Origin: Monocercomonoides exilis PA203
Taxonomy: Eukaryota > Protista > Preaxostyla
DNA length: 64,000 bases
Assembly (NCBI GenBank): GCA_001643675.2
Contig: LSRY02000014.1
Coordinates: 682,001 to 746,000 of the forward strand
Reading direction: 5' to 3'
The first letter of the stretch is position 1. Each line of letters begins with the position of its first letter. The notes under the pieces were generated by a model. It made no database searches. It worked only from the letters and a program-made list of their open reading frames with translations, and was not told the origin of the DNA. Position numbers and translations under genes: made by a program. This document shows, one piece after another, positions 13,501-24,000 of this stretch.

Positions 13501-16500
13501 TTCCATATATCGCATTAATTCGTGAATAATGGACTTCTCGAAGATCAAACTGAAATTGGCTTTCATTGATCTGCGATGTGATGTTGAAGCATTCAATGAA
13601 AATATCATTCCCCACTTTTGCTGTATTTGCACTGAACTTCATCCCCACAAATGTGAAATTCAATTCTCCTCTTTCCTTTGTTGTTAGATACATTCCTCCT
13701 CCTCTTCCTGTGCTTTCACTGCAGCTGCACTTACTGACTTCGGACTTAATCATCTTCATTGATCCAGACGCACAGAGCGTGAAGACTATTGCTCCTCCTT
13801 TTTCACTTGTTTCTGCTTTGTTATCCGTAATGTTGCTCTCATTCACAATAAAACAAATCTTTTTCTCACTCTTTGACTCCAAAATACTTGCTCCATTGTC
13901 ACTTCTCTTCACTCCTGAAATTGATGACTGGTCAATCTCAATATTTATTCCTTCTTCATCTCCTTCATTTATCTTCAATCTTGGTTCAGATTTCTTTATC
14001 GATAAAACACATCCTCCACTTTCATTTAACGATTCCACTCGAACATTCACAAAATGACAAACAATTCCAGCATCGTGAATGACAAAAATACTGTTTCCAA
14101 CATTGCACGATTCCATCGACAAATCATTCACTTCCACACTTCCTCCAATCACATCCACAAACACACAATCAAATCCATTGTTCATTCCAGTTTCTGAATG
14201 GAATGAACATTCATGTATCACCAAATCTCCATCTCTGTTTGAAATAATTGATTCCACCGAGTTGTCAAAATCAGATGCCAGTTGAAGTTGGATGTTTGAT
14301 AATTCAAGATGTTCATCATTTTCCATGAAATATTCCAGTTGACTTCCAATTGCCTTTTCAAAATTCAATATCGCTTTTATATCTTCTTCTCCCATCTTCA
14401 CACTCTTTTTGATCTGATAATTGGACAGGTCATATGAATCTCGAATGAAAGTTGATCCTTCAATCTGAATTGTTTTATTTCCAGTCCCCTGTTCCATGTT
14501 TTCCATCCCTTTCCACATTGTGAAGCATGGCTCTTCTTCACTTCCACATCTTGCAACATCAAATCCTTCGGATGAGATAAATATCTCAAATGAGCTATAT
14601 GGAACAAGGAACATGAACAAATCCTTTTCTTGATGAAAATCATCACTCCCAACAAACAAATTGTTATCATCTTTCATTGATGAATAATCAAACTTGAGTG
14701 ACTCATTTGTCACAGAAGAATTAAAATCCTTTCCTAAAATGAACACATTCTTTCCAATGGCTGCATTGTTGTTTGCAAATGAAACGTTTTCAAAAAGAAA
14801 TGGCTTCACATTGGAGCAAGCATGGCAATCCAAATACAAGAATCCCCCTTTTCTATTGCTTGATGAAAGCGAACAAAATGACGCATTTGTAGATTTTATA
14901 AACAAATCTTCTCCATTTTTTAATGTCACTCTTGCAATACCTCCTTCACCGCTTCCAGTGTTCACAATATTTGAAAAGTTGCTGTTTTCAAACAAAACAG
15001 AAGAAGCCATTACCAATGGAGATATGATAAACGAACAATCTGCCAAACTGCATCCCTTCAATGTGCAACTTCCAGTGGTTGTTGTTATCAACGAGTATTG
15101 AACAGTATTTGTTGACGACTGAATGTCAAATAAACAGCTTACGAGCTTAAGATTATAACTCGAATAGATTAATGAATTCACACTTGGCGTAAATTGATTT
15201 GGAATCTGCAATGTCAAATATAAGAAGCTGAGTGGCTGAATTGATGAAATAACAGATGATGATGAGGATGCAGAATCTCCAATGATTTTCTTATTAAAAT
15301 GAATAGTCTTGTGTTTAATGGCTTCTCCATCAATCACAAGTGCATCCGTGAAAGAATAAATATCTTCAATTGTCCCTTCATCTTTCACTTTCACTTTCCT
15401 TTCTCCTTCTGCGTCACTTCTGTCAATGTGATCAATTCCACTTTTCATCGATTGGCATGGGAATGTCTCATCTCCGCAACCCAATGTGTCATGCCCACCA
15501 GTCAACACAGACACCTCCATCCACTTCAGTTCAACAAGAAACACTCGAAGATCCATTTCCCCATATTTCCCATCTTCCCCTACAAATGCATTCCCATCCT
15601 CCTTGTAATCTGTGTTAACAATTGCAAAACGCTCTGTATTCACACTGTTCACCAGATTGTTGCTCTTCACAAACATGTTCTTCCCAACTGTTGCTGAGCA
15701 TTCAGAAAACGATGTCGATGAAAGTTGAAATGCTTCTCCATTTGAAGTGCAATCCAAATATATTCCTCCTCCTTTTCCTCCCTCACTCATATTCTCGCAA
15801 ATACATCCAATAAATGAACTCTCTTGAATTGCCATATATCCTCCTTCATACAACACCATCTTCAGTGCTCCTCCTTCTTTGCTCTTCTTTGAAATTGCCC
15901 CTTCTATCTTGGTATCATTTAACACCATTCCAACTCCCATGCTCCCTTCAAACACTACTGCCTTTCCTTCGACTGCTGATCCCCCATCAATATCCAATCT
16001 TTCCATTGTGCAATTCAACAGCTTCACTTTGTATTCCTGTTCATTTATATTTGCTGAGGAAAGTGAAAATGAAAATAACGAGACTGTTGATTTCACATTT
16101 GAAATCGTGACAGAATCCAGTTCAACTATCTTTCCTGTCAATTTGATCAAAGAAAATTCAATTGTGTTTTCCTCCCCTCCAACCACACTCATCTCACAGT
16201 TCTTCATGAACAACTCACCATTTTGAGTGTTTGATTCAATCACTGATGTGATTGTTTTGCTAAAACTTGATAGAATGACAATCCCAATGAACTTCATTTC
16301 AGTGAGTGATAATGATTTTAGAATGCATTCTTCAGATCCACTCACTTCTCTTTGGCATTCGATATTTACAACAACTTCCTGTTTTGCTTTTATATGCATT
16401 TCACTCACATCTGCACATCCAGTAACACACGAATTTGCACATAAAACAATTTCCTGCTTTATATTCTGCGTTCTCTTCAAATGTTCCATCCCAAAATTCA

Positions 16501-19500
16501 CGCTCAAACAAGGCGCTTTCTCCAACCCGCAGTACAATTCATCCACTCCAGATGTTCCATCAACAAACACCGAGTCAGCAAAGTATCCATCGAAGAATAT
16601 GAACAAGTCAACGTTCCAATCTCCAAAAGCCTCTGTTTTGTCATGTCCAACAGCCGAGTTGTCTTTCTGAGTGATGTTTCCCATGAAAGTGAACAAGGGC
16701 TCTTTCACAGAAGCGACAAGGGATTCACACACAAAATACATATCTCTTCCGACACTGGCCTTGTTGGCTGAAAACACGATATTGGTGATGGAAAAGGTTG
16801 TGGATGACACTTGTGAATCATCCTTGTACTCGATCATGAGAGCACCGCCTCTTCCTCCAGAACTTGTATCCTCGCTCACACAGCAGGTGGAGAAGGTGGA
16901 ATCACTCACCGAAAAGGAGTTGGCAGGGGCAGATGAGGCGAATGAGATGCACCCGCCATTGGTGGCAGTCTGTTGGCTCAACTGTTCTGAGTTGATGCTG
17001 GTGATGGTGCAGTTGGCGAGGGAGAGGGAAAGGGCAGGGGAGGTGGCAGAGGAGAGAACACAACTGGCGGGGGAGGCAGTGGATGTGATATCGGTAATGT
17101 TGGAGGAGTTGAGGGTGAGGGGAGCTGTGAGGGAGGTGAGGTGGAAGATGCTTTGGCTATTGAGGGGGAGACTGGTGATTGCTGTGTGGTTGAGGGCAAG
17201 GGAGCCAGCAGTGAGGAAGAAGAGAGGTGTTTTTATTGTTATGGAGGTTGTTCCGGTGATTGTGGTTGTGTTGAGGTTGAGGGAAGGGGAGTTATTGGAG
17301 AGGTGGAAGAGGATGGGAGTGATGGGGTTTGTGGAGTTGTGAGCGATGGCGAGGGTAGAGACTGTGAGGGAGCCCTGAGTTTGTTGGAAGAGGGCAGAAG
17401 AGGCAGATGGATCTGGTGAAGAGGAAGAAGATGATGATGTTTGAGGAATACCATATGAAGAGATAATTGTGGCATCTGTTCCATTTCCGGTGATTATTGT
17501 ATTTGGGGCACTGAATGTGAGTGTCTGAATAGGGACAAATGTTGAAGCGAGGAGGGTGAGGGAGACGTGTTGGAGGAGGGAAATGAAGCTGCTGAGCGCA
17601 TACTCGATGGTGGCACATGGGGTCTGTTCAGGTCTACCACAGGTATCAGCATCTGATCCGCTGTTGGCAACTATTTTGATTGTCGAAATGAGAAGAATCC
17701 AGTGGTTAACAGTCTCATTACCTGCTGTTCCTGCATTCCATATTCTGTTTGTTGGAGTTGTTGAGATGCAATTCTCGAATGGAGATTGAGTGATACTGCT
17801 TCCACTGAAGAACACATCGTTTCCTCTGCCATTAGTGGCGGAGTTTCCATCGAAGAAACAGAATGTGATAATTTTTTCCCCACTCATCCAGGAATAAGTT
17901 GAATGATAATAAATAGCAGCACCCCCATAATTGGCAGAGGCAGTCAATTTATTGTTTACAAACTGGCAATCATTAATCAAAAATTGGCTTGGTTTGTTGC
18001 TTGGAGGAATATTGAATGTTAAAGAACCAGCAGAATCACCACCAGAATTTGCAATGCACTTGCATTTGGAAAACAAGAATTGAGCACTTGTTGACATACT
18101 ACCAATCCCAAAATACCAACAAGTTCCACACCAATTTGTTATTTTACAACTTTCCACTCGGTTTTCTGAGAATGAATAAACAGAATTTGTCCGAGGGCTC
18201 CATATTGATGCTGCTCCTCCATGATCCGCTGAACAACTTGTCAAATTTGATTTTGTGATACTGACTTTCAACAAAGCATTACAAAACAACGATCCACCAT
18301 CTGAATCAGTTGAACAGTTGAAAAACGAGCATGAATTGATTGTGAGATTTGCACTTAAATAGTTGACTTTAAGAGCACCTCCTTGATCACTTTCACTGCT
18401 TGAATCATTCCATTCGCACCATTCAAATATATGGCTGTTCAGATCAAAGGAAGTCAATCTTCCAGGTTTCTTTCTTTGAGATTCAGTTCCAACATGTACA
18501 ATAGCATCATTTGGTAAAAAGCGTGTTTGGTGAAGGAAAGAGGCATTGAATGCAGAAAGAGAAGTGGATGGGCTGTTGATGGAGGGAAGAATAGCACCAT
18601 CGATGGGGTTGTGGGTGCGGATGAAGATGGTCGAGTGGATGGAGACGGTTGAGTGAAGAGAGAAGGAGGGGATTGCATTGTTATTGATGTTGGTGGAGGT
18701 GAAAATGGAAGAAGAGGAAGAGGTGGTTGAGATGAATGAATTGAGTGAGTGTGAAGGAAGGGATGGAAGAGATCGAGGGGATTGGGGAGAGGAGATGTTG
18801 GAGAAGAGGGTGTTTGAGAGATGGAGATTGAGATGGATTTGGAGGTGGGGATGGGATTGGTGATAGATATGGAGAGGGGAAGGGGAAGAGGAAATGGAAG
18901 GGGAAGGGGAAGAGGAAATGGAAAGAGAAGAGGAAGGGGAAGGGGAAGAAAAAGAAGAGGATGAGGATGAGGATGAGAAAGATGAAGGAGATGGGGAAAG
19001 GGAAGGAGATGGAGAAGGGGATGGGGAAGAGAGGGAAGAAGGAGAAAAAAGGAAGGGATTGTGAAGGGAGATGAAAGAGGAGAAAGAGGAGTGGGAGATG
19101 GAGAAGGAGGCGGGGATTGGGGAGTGGGTATCCGGGAGGAGATTGTTTGGGGTGGAGAAGAGGGGGAAGGAGAAGATGGCCAGTTGGTGGATGATGAGGG
19201 AGAAGTTTGTGAGGGTGAGGGAGGCGTGGGCAGAGATGAAAAGTGGAGATTTTGTTGCCTGGTTGACTTGGAAAGTGGAGGAGATAATGGTGGAAGCTGA
19301 GTGGCATTGGGAAGTGAGAAGTGGACAACCAGCGAGAGGGATAATGTTGAGATGTGTCACACACAAGGAGCTGTTGATGATATTTAGACTTGTTTGAATG
19401 CTGCAAATGTAATTGTCAGCAAGTTTTATAACTTTTTCTAATGAATTGTAAAAATTAACGTTACCATCTCCACATATATTTCCAATGCTGATCATGCCGT

Positions 19501-19612
19501 TCTGCATCTCCTCGTTCCATTTTTGTTGAATTTGCCTTTCTGCAAAGCCTTTATCATTACAGCTACTCGAAGCAAGCATCATTAACGATAAAATATTAAA
19601 TGCAGCTTTCAT
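10541..19612 (-). CDS. Giant type I membrane protein: 5 Cys-capped beta-helix-like modules, TM helix, C-lobe-only pseudokinase
   Basis: Uninterrupted 3051-codon ORF (track start is TTG; likely ATG at 19612 or 19633, MKAAFNILSLMMLASS is signal-like). GGA/GGG-x-FxxN repeats, CGxxxxPC motifs, TM LWIIIAMSIVLFVILIGFVVLAI, then CLRWKAPE, FSIGMMLWE and RPT. Confidence 0.9.
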   Translation of the reverse strand: MKAAFNILSLMMLASSSCNDKGFAERQIQQKWNEEMQNGMISIGNICGDGNVNFYNSLEKVIKLADNYICSIQTSLNIINSSLCVTHLNIIPLAGCPLLTSQCHSASTIISSTFQVNQATKSPLFISAHASLTLTNFSLIIHQLAIFSFPLFSTPNNLLPDTHSPIPASFSISHSSFSSFISLHNPFLFSPSSLSSPSPSPSPSLSPSPSSFSSSSSSSSFSSPSPSSSLSISSSPSPSISSSPSPLHIYHQSHPHLQIHLNLHLSNTLFSNISSPQSPRSLPSLPSHSLNSFISTTSSSSSIFTSTNINNNAIPSFSLHSTVSIHSTIFIRTHNPIDGAILPSINSPSTSLSAFNASFLHQTRFLPNDAIVHVGTESQRKKPGRLTSFDLNSHIFEWCEWNDSSSESDQGGALKVNYLSANLTINSCSFFNCSTDSDGGSLFCNALLKVSITKSNLTSCSADHGGAASIWSPRTNSVYSFSENRVESCKITNWCGTCWYFGIGSMSTSAQFLFSKCKCIANSGGDSAGSLTFNIPPSNKPSQFLINDCQFVNNKLTASANYGGAAIYYHSTYSWMSGEKIITFCFFDGNSATNGRGNDVFFSGSSITQSPFENCISTTPTNRIWNAGTAGNETVNHWILLISTIKIVANSGSDADTCGRPEQTPCATIEYALSSFISLLQHVSLTLLASTFVPIQTLTFSAPNTIITGNGTDATIISSYGIPQTSSSSSSSPDPSASSALFQQTQGSLTVSTLAIAHNSTNPITPILFHLSNNSPSLNLNTTTITGTTSITIKTPLFFLTAGSLALNHTAITSLPLNSQSIFHLTSLTAPLTLNSSNITDITSTASPASCVLSSATSPALSLSLANCTITSINSEQLSQQTATNGGCISFASSAPANSFSVSDSTFSTCCVSEDTSSGGRGGALMIEYKDDSQVSSTTFSITNIVFSANKASVGRDMYFVCESLVASVKEPLFTFMGNITQKDNSAVGHDKTEAFGDWNVDLFIFFDGYFADSVFVDGTSGVDELYCGLEKAPCLSVNFGMEHLKRTQNIKQEIVLCANSCVTGCADVSEMHIKAKQEVVVNIECQREVSGSEECILKSLSLTEMKFIGIVILSSFSKTITSVIESNTQNGELFMKNCEMSVVGGEENTIEFSLIKLTGKIVELDSVTISNVKSTVSLFSFSLSSANINEQEYKVKLLNCTMERLDIDGGSAVEGKAVVFEGSMGVGMVLNDTKIEGAISKKSKEGGALKMVLYEGGYMAIQESSFIGCICENMSEGGKGGGIYLDCTSNGEAFQLSSTSFSECSATVGKNMFVKSNNLVNSVNTERFAIVNTDYKEDGNAFVGEDGKYGEMDLRVFLVELKWMEVSVLTGGHDTLGCGDETFPCQSMKSGIDHIDRSDAEGERKVKVKDEGTIEDIYSFTDALVIDGEAIKHKTIHFNKKIIGDSASSSSSVISSIQPLSFLYLTLQIPNQFTPSVNSLIYSSYNLKLVSCLFDIQSSTNTVQYSLITTTTGSCTLKGCSLADCSFIISPLVMASSVLFENSNFSNIVNTGSGEGGIARVTLKNGEDLFIKSTNASFCSLSSSNRKGGFLYLDCHACSNVKPFLFENVSFANNNAAIGKNVFILGKDFNSSVTNESLKFDYSSMKDDNNLFVGSDDFHQEKDLFMFLVPYSSFEIFISSEGFDVARCGSEEEPCFTMWKGMENMEQGTGNKTIQIEGSTFIRDSYDLSNYQIKKSVKMGEEDIKAILNFEKAIGSQLEYFMENDEHLELSNIQLQLASDFDNSVESIISNRDGDLVIHECSFHSETGMNNGFDCVFVDVIGGSVEVNDLSMESCNVGNSIFVIHDAGIVCHFVNVRVESLNESGGCVLSIKKSEPRLKINEGDEEGINIEIDQSSISGVKRSDNGASILESKSEKKICFIVNESNITDNKAETSEKGGAIVFTLCASGSMKMIKSEVSKCSCSESTGRGGGMYLTTKERGELNFTFVGMKFSANTAKVGNDIFIECFNITSQINESQFQFDLREVHYSRINAIYGRDESDYQSDTDLIGFVTIHQSDTIVVSSVDGSNDRQCGTNTLPCDSIEHGLVHLTSEYVSLLYVDTEGVVGREINLEEMSLSSKSRGLCEVEVKSNIGKTRETLVTTTGTVSLVRVNFVFDSNFISSHESLMSPEGGILEIMNCSFSSKLPVEGVNAAFASIPFHIINMEKGELQIMEFTISNLILHESALCLSSLLPSVIDSLSLCNSTTDTSLIDINECGQLSMEKFHSENISVEGNEESLISCLTMKKTIQLTNCTIGDVSSTTVKGKLMKLEDCTDVSMDSCMFDGSSNKRNEQYLNNEEEEMCRWEGSLVDVVKSSAMMKDTTITNSPVGGIIMSGGSVSIEKGEFLNNNPSIEGYPSLRRNIICSDSVTLNVMSLKGGDGLKDGTSLWMLNDGCNFEGIASERDSSFFIPVLESVEAKEETDRMELTFKGMLLVPCNLSFSVVKSLGEEKEIEKHDFDSNGFLSEREVEGSVAKDLITSCGDEIEVYVHILFGDAESPSSTKSFVLKNKSEPEPNGNGNIMKGDNLTSSLWIIIAMSIVLFVILIGFVVLAIRWRIGKEEIRKYKEIVNDNVRKDPKVFEMVTMEMSPEDQWRRAEREAEKKNEERTKNREYEKKMGHSESSEYLLAENGSTECILEQESDKIKECELEKEKEEETRKRTSSPSVSFTDTETTFIHGEDLCPTTSSMSNLVDAMACSSPFEKLIVDLRDSLFILLHGRNEKKEMAIGTLKEREMTGAQMLFWVANGALHSLEDEEDELPSLRNLSSHIVLLSEHMVICIALHSDCSSFSSDDDDDSSSILSTTIVISASDDDDDEEGDSLPSSAFEESEDKWKECLRWKAPELQVNRKMGATEKSVAFSIGMMLWECMTLQIPFGEYEGEVAGQKIVDGEKPDEMGIEESIVKRVVDECLSSEASKRPTLTEVKKELVGIFPSVTFLVTMTDAIIFEESSEENEKSCESKEREKEGEMEVNEKKGIFEKG
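18871..19130 (+). repeat. Polypurine low-complexity tract encoding a Ser/Pro-rich linker on the minus strand
   Basis: Almost pure G/A sequence including tandem ggggaaggggaagaggaaatggaa x2; translates as SPSPSPS/poly-Ser. Confidence 0.85.
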
Positions 19613-21026
19613 GCTGGAGAAGTGCCAAACCATGGATGTGGATGTGAGGGAAATGGGGTAATATAAAATTCCTGCGCCCCATTTTATTTTCCTCAATTAT
19701 TATTCTTATCAAATTATCGATTTCACAATAAGTTCTCATGATCGGATAATTATTGAAGAAGAAAATTCAAAAGTTAATTGTGGAGGAAGCTTGATGTTTT
19801 TTTTTCTTTCTTTTCTTTCTTTTTTCTACACTGCTTCCTTCATAACGAAATAAAAAACTTTTTGAAACAAAAGTGAAAATATAAAATAATTCTTTTGAAT
19901 TTTTGTTTTCAAATTTTCGCGATGAAAAAATACGTTTATTCTGCAACAAAAAGATAAAGTAAAAGAGAAATTTTCAAAAATTCTATTTTTTCAACTTTTG
20001 AGGGGATTGTGAAAGTGATTTATCATTCTCACTTTTTTTTAGTGTAACCTAACAACACTTTTTTTATCAAAAGTTTTATGAACCGGAAAGTTTTTAAGTA
20101 CCGATTAATTATTTTGAATGTCGATGAAAAACTCACGTTTTTAATTTGTTGGTAAAAGTGGAATTGTATGCTCCAAAGTCCGTCATCCACTTTTTGGCTC
20201 ATGACAGATAAAAACGAAAAAAGTGCAAATTTACAGCAAACGACCACCTAAGGTCCACAGTAAAAAATTGGTTTGAGTGGCTAATTTTAATGAAATAATG
20301 AATTCTGAAGAACAAAAAGAGGGTTTCTATTTTTGGAAATAAACTAATTTTGTCATTGAGTAATTTTCAGAGTTTCTGAAACACTTATTATATTTTCTTT
20401 GATTTTTGATAGTTCACAGCAAGAGAAGCATATTGTTTTAGAAATAAAAACAAAAATTAAAATGAAAAACAACTTTACAAAAAAATAATTTTCTCTCAAA
20501 AAATGATTTTATTTGGAAGAACTCCGTGAAATGAAAAGCATTCCTGAAACAAAAAATGAAAAAATAACCAAAGTAGTTGACAGTTCTCTGTCTTTTTTTA
20601 AAAAAATTAAATGCCAAAATCACGATTGAGATAAATGTTACTTTCCAATAATGAAACCAAAAAACTGAAATACTCTTTCATGAAAAAACCCTCTAACAAC
20701 TGCATTGAGCATCAAGTAACAAAGATGAATGTGTGCGTTCAATCTCAAACTAGAAGATTTAAAAACTCTGAAGAATTTTCATATTGAGATAAATATTATC
20801 TCAATAAAATTAAAATTGAAAAAAGAAAAGGACAAACAAAAATAAAGGAAAAGAAATAGAAACGGAGAGTTTTCAAGGCTCATCGAAAGGAAAATATAAA
20901 AGTTTTGATGAAGATAATAATAATTATTAATTTTACATCATCCATCAAAAAGTGAGTTACATTTCTTTAAAAAAAATGAAATTAACAAACATATTCAAAA
21001 TTATATTTGATTTACAGCTTTCCTCA

Positions 21027-24000
21027 TTAATTCTTCTCATCCGTAAACGACCTGTATTGCCTTCTCTTTTTGTTTTCCACCACACAAACAACAATTATAA
21101 TCATTGCAACTGCAACGATTGCAAATGCACTTACAGATGCAATGATTGCAGTCACTTGACCTTTTGTCAATTTTTTTGGATCTTCTTTCTTTTGCTTGGC
21201 CAAAGTTATATAATCCGTACTCCTTTTTTCTCCTTTTGCTATTCCGCTCTGATACCTCAGGCGACAAACTAATGACGTGTATTCATCACCTTCCAGCAGA
21301 GATGAAGGAATTGTCACTCTCATCTCTGTCTCGTTCACATACTCAGAAACTGGACATTCAATCCACTCCTTCATTTTCCCCACTCTTTTCTCAGATGCTT
21401 CAACTGTAAGTTCACATGGAAACAGATAAGACCCATGAATCACTGCTTGTGCGCCTTTGTTTGATTCTAAAATTCGATCTTTTCCTTTCTCTGATGTCTC
21501 CTTTGCCTTTTTAATCAAAGTTGCATTCTTTAAAACAGGAGTGAAGATATATGAGTCCATATTTTCTGCTGCGTTTCCATACACCTTTCCTTCCACAAGC
21601 ATTCCAAATGGCTTCCCATCCAATCCATCGCTTCCAGCTGCCAAGCTATTGATGAAAATATAATAACTTTCAGACTTGTCCGGAGATCGAATATTGTTTC
21701 GCAGCGATGGAAACTTGTCCCAATTGTTGCCGATCGGATGATTGTTCACAAAGCTGCAGTTGTTCATTGTTAGACGAGAATACGTAGAATAAATCGCACC
21801 TTCGCTGATATCCACAAACGAGCTGTCATTGATGTACAAATGAAACGCTCCATGCACATAAAGCAACCCAGAATTCCATGAACACAGTGGATTATCCTCT
21901 TCTCCTTCTCTATTCATCTGATCGCTGCTTGCAAATGATTCTTTAAATTTCAAAAAGTGGTTCTTTTCTCCTTCTTTGATATTTCCGTATTCATTGCTCT
22001 GTTTGCCATTTGTAATGTTTCCGTTTCTCCCATAAATGACTAGTTGTTTATACGTTTCTGGTCCCTGGCTGGAAACAATCAATCTGTATGGAAGAGCTCT
22101 TCCGTCTCCGCCCTTCACATTTTCTCCTTTCAATCCTGTATACCAAGGCTTGAAAACAACATCGGTTATCTTCAGATCATATTCGGCGTAAATAATATCC
22201 AATGCATCTCCTTTAATGGCATCTGGATACTCGATATCAATGTGCTCAAAACTTATGTAATAATTTCTCATCTCAAACACAGCTATTTCACTATCCGCCT
22301 TCATATTCGATCCAATTTGAAGAATGCCCCGATTCTTCTCTGTGACTGAGAATGAATTTGAAGCTTTGCTAGATCCCTGTTCCCACTCAGATGAAGGTTC
22401 AGATGAAGCCTCAGATGCAGAAGTTAGTGTGACGAACTCGTCAATTAAAAACGGCTTGTCCACAAAGACTCTTCCAATAATATACATCGATACTTCTCCA
22501 TTTTGTATTCCATGTTCGATGGCTGTGCTGATCAGATTGCACGGCCTTTCTTTTCTTCCACAAATCTTGTCGTTGCAAGCCCTCTCTCCTCCAACATAAA
22601 TGTTCTGCGAATGGTACGGCAGTCTGTCCGCTTCGTCGCTCAGAAGATCAACAATATTCATTTCTCCGCCTTTCCTTTCTTCCAGAAGCATCAGATTTGC
22701 ACTTCCATAAATATCTTCCATCTCAAATTCGAAAAATTCTTCTTTTATCTGTTTTCTTCCTATTGGAATTGAAAGATACATATTCTTGCCTCTGTCGGCA
22801 CTGCAATCAGAAAATCTCATCCCGTTCAATTTCAAATTCACTGTTTCTGTTATTTCATCAGAAGTTCGAATAAACAGTGCTCCACCTTTCGATTCTTCGT
22901 TCTGCATTGAATTTCTCCCATTTGAAGCAGTTTTCGGACTTTCGCACGAACAATTAACAAATCTTCCCTTAGAAAAGCTGTAATAATTGTAGTTTCCAAT
23001 CTCCAAATACAGTGCTCCTCCAACTTTATGTTCTGTTGACCTACAGTTTGAAATATTTCCACTGAAAAAGTTAAGCTCTCTGCACTCCGCCAAAATAGTA
23101 AGGATTGACTGTGTTGTGCATGTTGTGGTGATTGTGTCCATGCTCAATCCACACAAATAAACATCTTTCGCAGCTTCCGCCAAGACGATTGCAAAAGAAG
23201 ATGTGAAATGAGAGATAAGCACGTAGTTAAGAGAGAGTTTTCCTATTTTGCATTCAATCAGCACACAGTTCAGCATCTGTTTTGGGTCTGTGCACGAGAT
23301 GTTCACTCGGTAGATGTCAGCAAACGCTCCATTTCCATTACACACAAACAGACTGTTGTCTCTCCCGCTTTGTCTCGTTGTGTCAACTTGCACATCTGCT
23401 CTGGATAGCCGAAAATTCGCATTTTGCAGCACATTAAACAGTCCCTCGCCTGGGTGCACCTTCGCTTCGTCCAGCACTGTTGTGATTCTGATGGCGTTGT
23501 CTTTTCTATTTAGGATTTTGACAAATCTTTCTTCAATCATTATTGGTTCAACGTCGAATTTGTTGCTGTCTTCTGTTGCATACAAAGAAAATTCCCTTCC
23601 TTGCAATACATTATTGACCGCTTGCTTCATCGTCTTGCAAGGTCTCTTTTCCTGTTTGCCGCATTCTTCGCTGTCTTCTCCGTTTATCCCATCGATATCG
23701 ATATCCACTGTATCAAACCGCAGCCAGTCGCTATGAAAAACTATTGTTCCATCTTTCTTTATCGCTCCAATTCGATGTTCTTTTGTCAAACTGAAGGAAT
23801 CTACATCAAAAGGCGATTGATTCATTTCAATTACTCCCTCGCTGCATAATGCGAGATCATTTCCGCATTGTCCTGCTGAATTTTCTTTGAAGAAACAATT
23901 TTTGAATAGAATTTCGTCGATCAGCTTTGCCTCTTTTCCCAAATGTATTGCCATCCCTCCGCCTGTCTTCGCCTTGCATTCCAGAAATGTACCGTTTCTG

